NCBI GenBank assembly: GCA_964629885.1
Contig: CAZVRJ010000001.1
Location: forward strand, 19,638 to 83,637
Reading direction: 5' to 3'
DNA from: an uncultured Chitinophagales bacterium
GTDB lineage: Bacteria > Bacteroidota > Rhodothermia > Balneolales > CAYWCV01
DNA length: 64,000 nucleotides
Shown: positions 1 to 9,392 of the stretch, piece after piece
Numbering within the stretch: position 1 is the first letter of the stretch
How the letters are laid out: the number at the start of each line of letters is the position of its first letter
Notes under the pieces: model-generated
Seen by the model: only the letters and a program-made list of their open reading frames with translations
What the model was told of the DNA's origin: nothing
The model's database searches: none
Translations under genes and position numbers: made by a program

Positions 1-1
1 G

Positions 2-136
2 GCCGATATACGCCTAACGAAGCGGCTAATCGATGCCGGTCGCACGCTGGGTATTCCACTCGAAGATCACTTGTTGGTTGCCGGACACGAATACGTCAGT
101 TTTCGGGCACGAAATATCGTCCCATTCTCGGTCTGA
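2..136 (+). CDS. RadC-family protein, C-terminal fragment (gene begins upstream of the window)
   Basis: Frame 2 reads ADIRLTKRLIDAGRTLGIPLEDHLLVAGHEYVSFRARNIVPFSV, then TGA at 134-136. This resembles the conserved RadC C-terminus (DI.LT.RL..AG..LGI...DH.... Y.SF). It is absent from the ORF track because no start lies in the window. Confidence 0.55.
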   Translation, partial: ADIRLTKRLIDAGRTLGIPLEDHLLVAGHEYVSFRARNIVPFSV

Positions 137-190
137 GCCCATCCTTCGGCTCAATATCCGTATATTTCGGGTCTAACACATTTATCGTCT

Positions 191-1828
191 ATGAAAGAAT
201 ATCTCAAGAAGATCGTAACCGAAGCCCTTGCAAAAGTGGCGGGAACCACCGAAAATTTGCCGGATGTGCTCATCGAAAAGCCACGCATCCCCGAGCATGG
301 CGATGCCGCGACCAACGTGGCTCTGACGGCTGCAAAAATGCTTGGGAAACCACCCCGCCAAATCGCTCAGGAATTGGTGGATGCTCTCGATGTAGACGCT
401 AAAGCACTTGCAGCTGTCGAAATAGCCGGTCCAGGGTTTATCAACTTCCGATTTGCCCCAGGGTGGACACAGCTTCAGTTGGCTCGAATTCTTGAGGAGC
501 CAAGCACGTATGGCAAAACGGTTGCCAATGGCGGCAAGCACATCCAGGTCGAGTTTGTGAGCGCAAACCCAACGGGTCCACTTACCGTCGGCCACGGTCG
601 TAACGCCGTTTTGGGCGACACCATCGCTCGTATGTACGAGTGGACAGGGGCAAATGTAGAACGTGAGTACTATTTCAACGACGCCGGACGCCAAATGCGC
701 GTTCTAGGTGAGTCGGTTCAAATTCGCTACAGCCAAATTCTAGGTGACGACATCGAGCTACCCGAAGGGCACTATGAAGGCGAGTACATCCGCGACATTG
801 CACAGGTTTTGTTTAACCGTGTTGGCGACAGTCTGAAGTCGACCGATGATGTGGCCGAGTTCACCGCCGCCGCCCGCGATGCCATGTTCGACGACATCAA
901 GGCGACGCTCGACCGCATGAAGATCCACATGGACACCTTCTTCAACGAGCACAATCTGTATACCGATGGATCCATCGAACGTGTCGTACAGCGCCTGCGC
1001 GACAAGGGGCTTGCCTACGACTCCGAAGGTGCGACCTGGTTCAAGACCACCGCCTTCGGCAAAGAGAAGGACACCGTGCTGATCAAATCGACAGGCGAAC
1101 CTACTTACCGCCTGCCCGATATCGCCTATCACATCCAGAAGCTGGACCGAGGCTTTGATTTATGTGTCGACATCTTCGGTGCCGACCATATTGCTACCTA
1201 TCCCGACGTGCTTTCGGCACTTGAGGCTCTCGATTACGACAGCAAGCGAGTGAATGTGATGGTGTACCAGTTCGTAACTATCGTACAAGATGGGGTACCC
1301 TTCAAAATGAGCACCCGTAAAGCGAATTTCGTGACGCTCGACGAGCTAATGGACGAAGTGGGCGCCGATGTTACCCGCTTCTTCTTCCTCATGCGCGCAC
1401 CTGGAACACACCTCGAGTTTGATATTGCCCAGGCAAAAGATGCCAGCGACAAGAACCCAGTCTATTACCTTCAGTATGCAAATGCGCGTGTTCAGAGCAT
1501 TCTGCGCAAAGCCGACGAGGTTATGACCGACCTGCCAAGTACTCCCGATCTCGCCCTACTTGAGCATGAGGCCGAAATGGCACTCATCAAGATTCTGCTC
1601 GATTTCCCCGAAGTGGTGCAGCGCAGCGCTGAGGCAATGGAGCCGCACCGGATCATCACCTATCTAAATGATGTAGCAGCTACGTTCACCCATTTTTATC
1701 ACCACTGCCGAATCATCGGCGAGAGCAACGATCTGGCAGCGGCGCGCATCGCCCTACTGAAAGCCACATCTGCAGTGTTGGTTAACGGACTCACCATCTT
1801 GGGGATTTCTGCACCCGACCGGATGTAG
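191..1828 (+). CDS. argS: Arginine--tRNA ligase
   Basis: 545 aa. N-terminal ArgRS add-on domain, class I HIGH-type region (SANPTGPLTVGHGRN), and the conserved C-terminal anticodon-binding DALR-type end (…GISAPDRM). Confidence 0.95.
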   Translation: MKEYLKKIVTEALAKVAGTTENLPDVLIEKPRIPEHGDAATNVALTAAKMLGKPPRQIAQELVDALDVDAKALAAVEIAGPGFINFRFAPGWTQLQLARILEEPSTYGKTVANGGKHIQVEFVSANPTGPLTVGHGRNAVLGDTIARMYEWTGANVEREYYFNDAGRQMRVLGESVQIRYSQILGDDIELPEGHYEGEYIRDIAQVLFNRVGDSLKSTDDVAEFTAAARDAMFDDIKATLDRMKIHMDTFFNEHNLYTDGSIERVVQRLRDKGLAYDSEGATWFKTTAFGKEKDTVLIKSTGEPTYRLPDIAYHIQKLDRGFDLCVDIFGADHIATYPDVLSALEALDYDSKRVNVMVYQFVTIVQDGVPFKMSTRKANFVTLDELMDEVGADVTRFFFLMRAPGTHLEFDIAQAKDASDKNPVYYLQYANARVQSILRKADEVMTDLPSTPDLALLEHEAEMALIKILLDFPEVVQRSAEAMEPHRIITYLNDVAATFTHFYHHCRIIGESNDLAAARIALLKATSAVLVNGLTILGISAPDRM

Positions 1829-1831
1829 GTA

Positions 1832-2644
1832 CTAAGCTACGTTAAGCAAACTGAAGCACACAATTCCGCGGACGATCTGCTCATCGACCCGAAATCCGCA
1901 TTGTTCGAACAGCTGGTTGCTCTCGGCACGGGTCCAGAATTGGAGTCCACCGAGACTAGCCGACTGCTGGAGCATCCGTCCATACCATGAGCCAGCCGTT
2001 AGCAGATGCATGTTGAACAAGCGTCCGCCCGGTTTCAAGACTCTACGGCATTCGTAGAGCACTTTTCGGGGATCGGCAAACTCGTTTAGGCTGCCTCCAA
2101 TCACGATCGCATCGAATGTGCCCGCGAAAAACGGCATATCCCCCCCATCGGCACGCACCAAACACGTACGCAACCCTTCCGTTTTTAAGCGCCGACGAGC
2201 TTCTTCCAACATGGGAAGCGCAAAGTCGAGGGCTACGATGTGCGCACCCGGCTCCGCCTTGGCCAACGCTCTGGCATAAAGCGCCGTCGAACAGCCCACA
2301 TCCAATATCAACTCTCCTGGCTGAGGCTTCACCCACTGCGTCAGTAGGCGTTGTTCCTCTTCGATGGGAAAATTCTCGCCTGTAAGAACCCCAAGACTAT
2401 TCACCCGCCAAGTATCTTCGTACACGGTGGCAGTGAGGGACCAGTGATTACTGCGCTGGGCCATCGTTATGCCCTCGGGCACCTCGCCAATCATATCCAC
2501 TATGCTGTCGTTCACCGGATACTCATCCCCATACTTCGAACACACAGAACCGTTGACAGCCTTTTGGGGGTCAAATAATTCGTCAGGAACCTGAATAACA
2601 GCCCTATCGTGCTGTGGCGATCGCAATGTGAGATGTGATTTCAT
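1832..2644 (-). CDS. Class I SAM-dependent methyltransferase
   Basis: 270 aa. SAM-binding motif I LILDVGCSTALYA and post-I/II motifs (IVALDF…, VLKPGGRLF) typical of the Methyltransf_11/25 fold. Confidence 0.8.
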   Translation of the reverse strand: MKSHLTLRSPQHDRAVIQVPDELFDPQKAVNGSVCSKYGDEYPVNDSIVDMIGEVPEGITMAQRSNHWSLTATVYEDTWRVNSLGVLTGENFPIEEEQRLLTQWVKPQPGELILDVGCSTALYARALAKAEPGAHIVALDFALPMLEEARRRLKTEGLRTCLVRADGGDMPFFAGTFDAIVIGGSLNEFADPRKVLYECRRVLKPGGRLFNMHLLTAGSWYGRMLQQSASLGGLQFWTRAESNQLFEQCGFRVDEQIVRGIVCFSLLNVA

Positions 2645-2675
2645 TCTTTAGTCCTACGTTATTACTAAAGGCAAG

Positions 2676-3476
2676 TTACACGGCCTTGTCGCGGATCACC
2701 GATATTGCGGCTCCCTGATAAACACCCAACAACTGTGCAGCGTTGCCTTTGTTTACGGCAATCTCAAGAGTACCCGAACTACCAATGAGAGCCGCAGCCT
2801 CACCCTCGGTCACCGATCCGTACGTCGTTACTAACCCCCTTAGAATCTGCGTGCCCACGTAGATGCGAAGCTCTTCGTTTGGACCAAAATTCTGAACTAG
2901 TTCGGCAGGTATGTTGGTCATCAAGTTGCCGAACCGGTCGATATGAACCACCCATCCCTGAATGCCATGCTTATCGCTTGACGGAATGGCCCAATGCGAT
3001 ACATGCAAGCCATCAATAGTGGGTCCGAACTCACTTAGTTTCACACCGGTAGCCAAGTAGGCTGCCACAGAAGCGAAGATATCCCTGCCATGAAAGGTGG
3101 ACGACGGATTCGATGTGTACCAATAGTCCTGATTACGAAGTTCGACGCACTCAACGGGCTCGTTGTCGGTCACCAAGGCGAACATGCCGTTGTCGGGACC
3201 AACGAAATACTGTCCTCTGTGCTTGAAAGCAACGGGTCTGCGCTCGGTACCCACTCCCGGATCCACCACCGCCAAGTGTACCGTGCCCTCAGGAAACAGA
3301 TACGCTGAATGCTTCAGGATCCAGGCGCCACCAAGCAAGTCTTGGGCCTTGACTTCATGAGTTATATCCACCATGTTAATGCGATCGCTAACCGACAGCA
3401 CTACCGCCTTCATAGCTGCTACATAGTAGTCAGACGTCCCAAAGTCGGTCGTCAGTGTGACAAGGGACCGCGACAT
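2676..3476 (-). CDS. SAM hydroxide adenosyltransferase / SAM hydrolase family protein (DUF62)
   Basis: 266 aa. The N-terminus VTLTTDFGTSDYYVAAMKAVVLS … VVDPGVGTERRP … VGPDNGMF matches the DUF62 chlorinase/fluorinase-like family pattern. Confidence 0.8.
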   Translation of the reverse strand: MSRSLVTLTTDFGTSDYYVAAMKAVVLSVSDRINMVDITHEVKAQDLLGGAWILKHSAYLFPEGTVHLAVVDPGVGTERRPVAFKHRGQYFVGPDNGMFALVTDNEPVECVELRNQDYWYTSNPSSTFHGRDIFASVAAYLATGVKLSEFGPTIDGLHVSHWAIPSSDKHGIQGWVVHIDRFGNLMTNIPAELVQNFGPNEELRIYVGTQILRGLVTTYGSVTEGEAAALIGSSGTLEIAVNKGNAAQLLGVYQGAAISVIRDKAV

Positions 3477-3481
3477 CGCGA

Positions 3482-4597
3482 TCAGCCTTGAGTGTTCAGC
3501 ATCACTGGCATAATGAGCATCAGCAGGTCTTCGTCGGCGGCTTGCTCTACAGGCTGAACGATACCGGCTCGGTTTGGCGTGGAAAAGGCAAACGTGACCT
3601 CGTCCCCTGTAATATTATGCAAAACATCGGCAAGATAACGGGCATTGAATCCAATCACCATATCGTCAGCGTCGTACTGACACTTGATCGACTCGCGGGC
3701 CTCGCTGCTCATTTCATAATCTTCGGCAAAGATACTCACCTCATCCTGCGACAAATTGAGACGAATTTGGCGCGTTGTCGAGCTTGAGAAAATGGAGACA
3801 CGGCGAACGGTTGCTAACATATCGTCCTTCGCAACTGTCATGATCTTCTCGTTTTCCTTCGGAATCACATTCTCGTAATTCGGATACGATTCGTTGATCA
3901 AGCGTGCTACCACTTCAGCGTCGCCGTTTGTAAAACGAACATGATGTTTCGTGATCTGCATTTTCGTTTCACCGCCACTCAGGGTACGTGTGACCTGTGC
4001 CAAGGCTTTGTCGGGCACTATGAAATTGATGGGCACATCACCCTTCATATCGTGCTTCACCAAACGCACAAGCCGGTGACCATCGGTAGCAACCAAGCGT
4101 GTTTTCTCCTCATCGACCTGGAAATAGACACCCATCATATTTGGACGCAAATCGTCGGTAGATACTGCGAATCGAGTCTTTTCGATCCCAGCTGTGAGCG
4201 ACTCCGTATTTACCACGATGGTCGTTCCCTCATTTACCGATGGCAACATTGGGAAGTCTTCGGCTTTGGCACCTACTAACTTATAGGCACCACGATCGGT
4301 GCGGAACTTAACGATGCAGCGGTCGTCGATATCGAACGACAATGGAATGTCGGGAAGCTGGCGCATGGTGTCGAGTAGACGGCGTGCCGGTATAGCAACG
4401 GAACCGTCCTGGATGATCTCTGCAGAAACCTGCTCGACGATGTAAATTTCGTTGTCGGTTGCGGTCAATTTCAGGGCACCGTCTACACTCTCAAACAGAA
4501 CATTCTCAAGGATTGGAAGCGTCGCTTTACTTGGAACAACGCCGGCAACGGCCGATAATGCTTTAACAAGTTCTCCGCTGGTGATGTTAAATTTCAT
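3482..4597 (-). CDS. dnaN: DNA polymerase III beta sliding clamp
   Basis: 371 aa. MKFNITSGELVKALSAVAGVVPSKATLPILENVLFE… is the canonical DnaN N-terminus, with three-domain length and the MPVML-type C-terminus (MPVMLNT). Confidence 0.95.
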   Translation of the reverse strand: MKFNITSGELVKALSAVAGVVPSKATLPILENVLFESVDGALKLTATDNEIYIVEQVSAEIIQDGSVAIPARRLLDTMRQLPDIPLSFDIDDRCIVKFRTDRGAYKLVGAKAEDFPMLPSVNEGTTIVVNTESLTAGIEKTRFAVSTDDLRPNMMGVYFQVDEEKTRLVATDGHRLVRLVKHDMKGDVPINFIVPDKALAQVTRTLSGGETKMQITKHHVRFTNGDAEVVARLINESYPNYENVIPKENEKIMTVAKDDMLATVRRVSIFSSSTTRQIRLNLSQDEVSIFAEDYEMSSEARESIKCQYDADDMVIGFNARYLADVLHNITGDEVTFAFSTPNRAGIVQPVEQAADEDLLMLIMPVMLNTQG

Positions 4598-4790
4598 ATA
4601 CGGAATTGGGTTACCGGCATGCTACAGCACGCCGCTTGATGATGATTTTTAAAATGACTGTACAGATGCCCAATAATACAAGAAAAATCGCTCGAATGGT
4701 ACATTTAACCCTTCCAAATGGCGTTATTGGAATATTTGATTTGTACAAAGGCAACAGATGAACGCCGATTGCGTTATTTTGCGAGACGCG

Positions 4791-4832
4791 GCAGCAAGAG
4801 CAACGACACGAGCAAGAGCAGGAGCAAAAAAA
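4791..4832. repeat. AAGAGC-type hexamer tract, the inverted partner of the GCTCTT tract at 4941-5000
   Basis: The sequence is gcagcaagagcaacgacacgagcaagagcaggagcaaaaaaa. Its reverse complement aligns with 4941-4975: tcctgctcttgctc is identical over 14 nt, with about 30 nt of imperfect match overall. Confidence 0.7.
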
Positions 4833-4860
4833 CTTCAAGGTTTGAATACTTAAGTCATAT

Positions 4861-6036
4861 ATGAGAATACCAACCATATTTCAGCGAATCTTAAAAAGTC
4901 GTAGCAAGTCGAATCGACCAAGTAATAATCGTGCCTCCATTCCTGCTCTTGCTCTTGCCGTTGTTCCTGCTCTTGCTCTTGCTCTTGCTCTTGCTCTTGT
5001 CCTCGCTCCTTCCGCTTCCGCCCAGTTCGTGAACGCCAAGTACGGCGGCGACTTTCTAAGCATCGGTGCTGGTGCACGCGCCCTCGGCATGGGATCGGCC
5101 TACGTGGCCGTTGCCGACGAAGTTACCGCAGCTTACTGGAATCCTGCAGGGCTTAACGGCATCACGAATTACCAAGGATCCTACATGCACTCGGAGCGGT
5201 TTAGCGGTGTGGTAAGCTTCGACTATGCGGGATTCGTACTTCCTGCAAACAATCGTGGCGTATTGGCACTGAGCGTGTTTCGTCAAGGAGTCGACAACAT
5301 TAAGAACACCCTGAACGTCTACAACGATGCCAACGGCATCCCAGATCCGTCGCAGATCACGACGTTCAGCGCCACCGACATGGCCGTCTACCTCACCTAT
5401 GCCAACGTATTTCGCGAGAAATTAAACTGGGGAGTATCTGCTAAGGTTATTAATTCCCGACTTGGACCTTTTGCTGATGCTTGGGGCTATAGCCTCGACC
5501 TTGGCATCCAAAAACGTACCGGCGATCTGAGCTGGGGTGTGAACCTGATGGATGCCACCACCCTCATGAAATTTTGGTCGGTCGACCGCGAAGCCCTTGC
5601 TAATATCGGCGATATATACGGCGACGAAATTCCAGAAGGGCAAAATGAGCGGATTCTCCCCACCTTGAAGGCCGGTCTCGCTAAACAATTTCACCTCACC
5701 GACCTCGTGGTCACGACTGCAGCCGATGTGGACGTGCGTTTCGAAGGACGCAAAGCATTCTATCTGAATACTGGCGACATCAGCTACGAGCCCAACGTGG
5801 GTACCGAGTTCAACTACAAGGGTCTGGTTCAGATTCGTGCTGGACTCACCCAATTCAGTACCGATACCCTATCGTCGAAGCTGTATGTCAACCCCACTGT
5901 GGGAGCTGGCGTCACTATCGGTATGGTACAAGTCGATTACGGTTTCAGCCGTAGCCCGTTCGACTTGGGTAACACGCACCGAGTATCGCTCATGGTAAAC
6001 CTTCCACGTCGCGAGCCACAAGTAGCACGCCGTTAA
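4861..6036 (+). CDS. PorV/PorQ-family (FadL-like) outer-membrane beta-barrel protein
   Basis: 391 aa. Signal peptide ending APSASA-QF, then GDFLSIGAGARALGMGSAYVAVADEVTAAYWNPAGL. I recognise this as the N-terminal signature of PorV/PorQ-like barrels. The rest has an alternating beta-strand pattern. Confidence 0.6.
   Translation: MRIPTIFQRILKSRSKSNRPSNNRASIPALALAVVPALALALALALVLAPSASAQFVNAKYGGDFLSIGAGARALGMGSAYVAVADEVTAAYWNPAGLNGITNYQGSYMHSERFSGVVSFDYAGFVLPANNRGVLALSVFRQGVDNIKNTLNVYNDANGIPDPSQITTFSATDMAVYLTYANVFREKLNWGVSAKVINSRLGPFADAWGYSLDLGIQKRTGDLSWGVNLMDATTLMKFWSVDREALANIGDIYGDEIPEGQNERILPTLKAGLAKQFHLTDLVVTTAADVDVRFEGRKAFYLNTGDISYEPNVGTEFNYKGLVQIRAGLTQFSTDTLSSKLYVNPTVGAGVTIGMVQVDYGFSRSPFDLGNTHRVSLMVNLPRREPQVARR
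4945..4998 (+). repeat. Intragenic hexanucleotide microsatellite: (GCTCTT)x2 at 4945-4956 and a perfect (GCTCTT)x5 at 4969-4998
   Basis: Read directly from the sequence. It encodes the ALALAVVPALALALALAL hydrophobic core of the signal peptide. Confidence 0.9.
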
Positions 6037-6053
6037 CCTGCGTATCTTGACGA

Positions 6054-6977
6054 ATGGACATTTTCATCGTCGGGCCAACCGCATCGGGAAAAACCGAACT
6101 ATCAATCAAGCTGGCCGAGCTTCTTGGGTGCCCGATCATATCGGCCGACTCAAGGCAATGCTTTTTGGGAATGGACATCGGCACCGCCAAACCCTCGGCC
6201 GACGATTTGGCACGAGCAGTCCATTTCAACATTTCCATCCTACCGCCCGACCATAAGGACGATGCCTCCGCTTTCGTTCAACGTGTGCACCAGTGGAAAC
6301 GTGAGCACCCTAATACAAACTGGATCATTGCCGGTGGAAGCACGCTTTACCTTCAGTCGCTATTGTTTCCGCTCGACGACATCCCCAAAAGTGACCCAGT
6401 CCTGCAAAGTGAAATCGAGGAAAGCATTCGAGCAGAAGGCCTACAAATTGCCTGGGACCGCCTGAATGTGCTTGATCCACTCTATGCCAAGCAGATGGAT
6501 GGATTGAATCACCAGCGCATTGTACGTGCCCTTTGCGTGTGTATCCAAACGGGGAAGCCATTCAGTTCCTTCCATCAGCGCGATGGCTTCCACAAACCAG
6601 AGAATGCTTTGGTCTTTGGACTGTCTTTCGATCGCGATCGACTCGTCCAACGGATCAACGACCGAGTAGATGCCATGATTCTGGCTGGGTTGGTCGATGA
6701 AGTTCGAAAACTGAAGGAAATGGGTTATGATGAAAATTGCAACGCTTTAAAAACCGTCGGCTATGCCGAGGTCTTCGCTTATCTCGATGGTAAGATCCAT
6801 CATGATGCTATGGTAAGTCAGATCAAGGCTCACACACGTCAGTATTCGCGCAGGCAAATGACTTGGTTTCGCCGATGGCCATTTGTGGAATGGATCGACA
6901 CAGACCAAATGTCACCAACCGACGCGATGGTATTCGTCAGAGATCGGTTGCTTTCGGTGGAAACACAACAAAAATAG
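6054..6977 (+). CDS. miaA: tRNA dimethylallyltransferase
   Basis: 307 aa. P-loop GPTASGKT, then …ISADSRQCFLGMDIGTAKPS, the typical MiaA N-terminus. Confidence 0.92.
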   Translation: MDIFIVGPTASGKTELSIKLAELLGCPIISADSRQCFLGMDIGTAKPSADDLARAVHFNISILPPDHKDDASAFVQRVHQWKREHPNTNWIIAGGSTLYLQSLLFPLDDIPKSDPVLQSEIEESIRAEGLQIAWDRLNVLDPLYAKQMDGLNHQRIVRALCVCIQTGKPFSSFHQRDGFHKPENALVFGLSFDRDRLVQRINDRVDAMILAGLVDEVRKLKEMGYDENCNALKTVGYAEVFAYLDGKIHHDAMVSQIKAHTRQYSRRQMTWFRRWPFVEWIDTDQMSPTDAMVFVRDRLLSVETQQK

Positions 6978-7013
6978 CCGTAATTTTAGCTTTTTGATCA
7001 TTTTACAACGCCC

Positions 7014-7262
7014 ATGTACAAGGCCACCATTTTCGTCACATTGCGTCCTTCCATTCTCGACCCCAAGGGTAAGGCAAGCCTCCATGCTTTACAAAGCCTT
7101 GGCATGAATGCCGTGAAGGGTGTAAGGATGGGTAAACTGATCGAGATGGATATCGACGCATCATCCGAGGATGATGCCCGTGCCATTGCTGTCGATTCCT
7201 GCGAGAAGCTTTTAGCCAACGTAGTGATGGAGAATTTCCACATCGACATCAAGAAGGCCTGA
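7014..7262 (+). CDS. purS: Phosphoribosylformylglycinamidine synthase subunit PurS
   Basis: 82 aa. MYKATIFVTLRPSILDPKGKA… is the PurS pattern (V.LK..+LDP.G), and the gene lies upstream of purQ. Confidence 0.85.
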   Translation: MYKATIFVTLRPSILDPKGKASLHALQSLGMNAVKGVRMGKLIEMDIDASSEDDARAIAVDSCEKLLANVVMENFHIDIKKA

Positions 7263-7274
7263 TTTCTTCTGTAT

Positions 7275-7571
7275 ATGCCTATCCGCCAAACCCAACATAG
7301 TAATCCGAAGGTTCAGCCGTCTCATCTTACCGAGACGGCCGTTGAAACACCTTGGACTCTCACCTTGTTCGACGACGACATCCATACGTTCGATGAAGTC
7401 ATCAATCAATTGATCAAGGCGTTGGGGTGCGACCCGCACACCGCCGAGGAAATTACCGTTACCGTTCATAATTCGGGAAGCGCCGTTGTGTTTGAGGGTC
7501 CTTTTGAGGAGTGCTTCCGAATCAATGCCGTGCTCGTCGAAATTCAGCTCATTACCGAAATTAGAGGTTAG
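7275..7571 (+). CDS. clpS: ATP-dependent Clp protease adaptor ClpS-like protein
   Basis: 98 aa. The core TLTLFDDDIHTFDEVINQLIKALGCDPHTAEEITVTVHNSGSAVV parallels the ClpS motif (V.L.NDD..T..FV…A….VH..G.A). Confidence 0.75.
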   Translation: MPIRQTQHSNPKVQPSHLTETAVETPWTLTLFDDDIHTFDEVINQLIKALGCDPHTAEEITVTVHNSGSAVVFEGPFEECFRINAVLVEIQLITEIRG

Positions 7572-7574
7572 CCC

Positions 7575-8270
7575 ATGAAATTCACTGTCGTCGTTTTCCC
7601 TGGTTCCAATTGCGACCACGACGCATATCACGCCATCAAACATGTGATGGGCCAAGATGTCCATTTTGTGTGGCACAAAGACACCGATCTGGGTAATCCA
7701 GATGTGGTTTTGCTTCCAGGTGGATTTTCCTATGGCGATTACCTGCGCTCGGGGGCCATTGCTCGCTTCTCTCCAGTTATGGAGGAGGTAATTCAGTTTG
7801 CTAATAAGGGCGGAATGGTGATCGGCATTTGCAACGGATTCCAAATCCTGCTCGAAAGTGGATTGCTCCCTGGTGCCATGCTTCACAACGAGCACCTCAA
7901 GTTCAGCTGCAAGCAGGTCTACCTCAAATGCGAGCAGACCGATACGCCGTACACCCGAGCCATGACCCAAGGCCAAATACTTCAAATACCCATTGCCCAC
8001 GGCGAGGGAAACTACATCTGCGACGATGAAACTCTCCAAATGCTTGAGGGTGAAGGACGCATAATTTTTCGCTATTGCGATGCTGACGGCAACGTGACAC
8101 CAGAATCGAACCCAAACGGGGCTATCGCAAATATCGCCGGTATTTGCAGTCCAAATCGCAATGTGCTTGGAATGATGCCACACCCCGAGCGTGCCGTTGA
8201 AAAATTGCTCGGAAGTGACGACGGACTCTACGTGTTTGAGTCACTGATTGGTGAGGCCGTAACCAGATAG
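7575..8270 (+). CDS. purQ: Phosphoribosylformylglycinamidine synthase I (glutaminase subunit)
   Basis: 231 aa. [12 protein letters not shown]…, [12 protein letters not shown], nucleophile elbow GICNGFQ, C-terminal MPHPER. This is the class I glutamine amidotransferase PurQ signature. Confidence 0.93.
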   Translation: MKFTVVVFPGSNCDHDAYHAIKHVMGQDVHFVWHKDTDLGNPDVVLLPGGFSYGDYLRSGAIARFSPVMEEVIQFANKGGMVIGICNGFQILLESGLLPGAMLHNEHLKFSCKQVYLKCEQTDTPYTRAMTQGQILQIPIAHGEGNYICDDETLQMLEGEGRIIFRYCDADGNVTPESNPNGAIANIAGICSPNRNVLGMMPHPERAVEKLLGSDDGLYVFESLIGEAVTR

Positions 8271-8278
8271 GTAGTGCC

Positions 8279-9046
8279 ATGGCCACCGAAATAATCACCG
8301 ACCTTCTCGGATGCCGTTCGCTGGTCAAATCGTATAAGAAACGTGTTGTTGTCAACGACGTCAGTATTCATGTGAACCGCGGCGAAATCGTGGGACTGCT
8401 TGGACCGAATGGTGCTGGCAAGACAACGACATTTTATTCGATTGTTGGTTTGATTCGACCTGACAAAGGTACTATATATGTCAATAACGATGACATCAGT
8501 CGAGTACCGATGTTTCGTCGTGCCCGATTGGGCATCGGTTATTTGCCGCAGGAAGCGAGTGTGTTCCGCAATTTGACGGTACGCGAAAACATTCACACGA
8601 TCCTAGAGTTTCAGCCCCTATCCCGAGCCGAGCGAAACGAACGAACCGATCACCTCATTGAGGAATTCAGTCTCCAAACGGTCGTTAATAATAAAGGATA
8701 TGCCTTGTCTGGAGGTGAGAGGCGCCGCACGGAAATTGCACGGGCGTTAGCAACCGATCCAAGATTCTTACTACTCGACGAGCCCTTTGCGGGTGTTGAC
8801 CCCATTGCCGTCGAAGACATCCAGCGAATTGTGTATGCACTGAAGCAGAAAAATATCGGCATTTTGATCACCGATCATAATGTTCATGAAACGCTCGCAA
8901 TAACCGACAGAGCCTATTTGATGTACGAAGGTCGTATCTTGAAAGAAGGCACGGCAGATAGCCTCGCCAACGACGAGGAAGCGCGTGAGCGATATCTCGG
9001 AACTCAATTTCGCCTCGACCGCTATAATCCATCACTTAACCAGTAG
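8279..9046 (+). CDS. lptB: LPS export ABC transporter ATP-binding protein
   Basis: 255 aa. Walker [32 protein letters not shown], signature LSGGERRR, Walker [13 protein letters not shown]. LptB-type throughout. Confidence 0.88.
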   Translation: MATEIITDLLGCRSLVKSYKKRVVVNDVSIHVNRGEIVGLLGPNGAGKTTTFYSIVGLIRPDKGTIYVNNDDISRVPMFRRARLGIGYLPQEASVFRNLTVRENIHTILEFQPLSRAERNERTDHLIEEFSLQTVVNNKGYALSGGERRRTEIARALATDPRFLLLDEPFAGVDPIAVEDIQRIVYALKQKNIGILITDHNVHETLAITDRAYLMYEGRILKEGTADSLANDEEARERYLGTQFRLDRYNPSLNQ

Positions 9047-9057
9047 TAAGACGTATT

Positions 9058-9384
9058 ATGAACACGGGGAATATCACTGTACAAGAACTGAACGAGCGTA
9101 TCAAGAACAACGAGAAGCTCAACATCGTGGATGTGCGTGAGCCTTTTGAGCACGACATGGCCAACATTGGTGGAACATTAATTCCGCTTGGCGACCTACC
9201 CCACCAACTGGAGCAGTTAGATGGCTTAAAGGACCAAGAGGTCATCGTCTACTGCCGCAGTGGTAATAGAAGCGGAAGTGCTTGCCAATTTCTGCTCAAA
9301 CAAGGTTTCACAAACGTGCGTAACCTTGAGGGTGGAATGATGCGTTGGGCCAAGGAAATCGACCCTTCGATGCCAATGATGTAA
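9058..9384 (+). CDS. Rhodanese-like domain protein
   Basis: 108 aa. Active-site loop YCRSGNRS and a C-terminal NLEGGMMRW motif. Confidence 0.85.
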   Translation: MNTGNITVQELNERIKNNEKLNIVDVREPFEHDMANIGGTLIPLGDLPHQLEQLDGLKDQEVIVYCRSGNRSGSACQFLLKQGFTNVRNLEGGMMRWAKEIDPSMPMM

Positions 9385-9392
9385 AAGATTTG

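Noticed and set aside
1-190. The RadC fragment at the window edge as a sign of a mobile element or prophage boundary.
   Set aside because: Only 44 codons are visible. No integrase, att-like repeat or tRNA is nearby, and radC is also a common chromosomal gene.
3482-4860. Possible replication origin next to dnaN (263-bp spacer at 4598-4860).
   Set aside because: No dnaA is adjacent. I found no cluster of TTATCCACA/TGTGGATAA-like boxes in the spacer, only scattered partial matches elsewhere in coding DNA, and no obvious AT-rich unwinding repeats. dnaN separated from dnaA is common in this superphylum.
4611-5090. Small minus-strand ORFs encoding CSCSCSCRCSCC, QEQEQEQEQ and RARARARA peptides.
   Set aside because: They are by-products of reading the GCTCTT/AAGAGC hexamer tracts in other frames or on the other strand. 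They overlap the intergenic region and the start of the PorV/PorQ-like gene.
7212-8183. 323-aa ORF antisense to clpS and purQ.
   Set aside because: It lies entirely within strongly supported plus-strand genes, has no recognisable motif, and has the composition typical of a shadow ORF.
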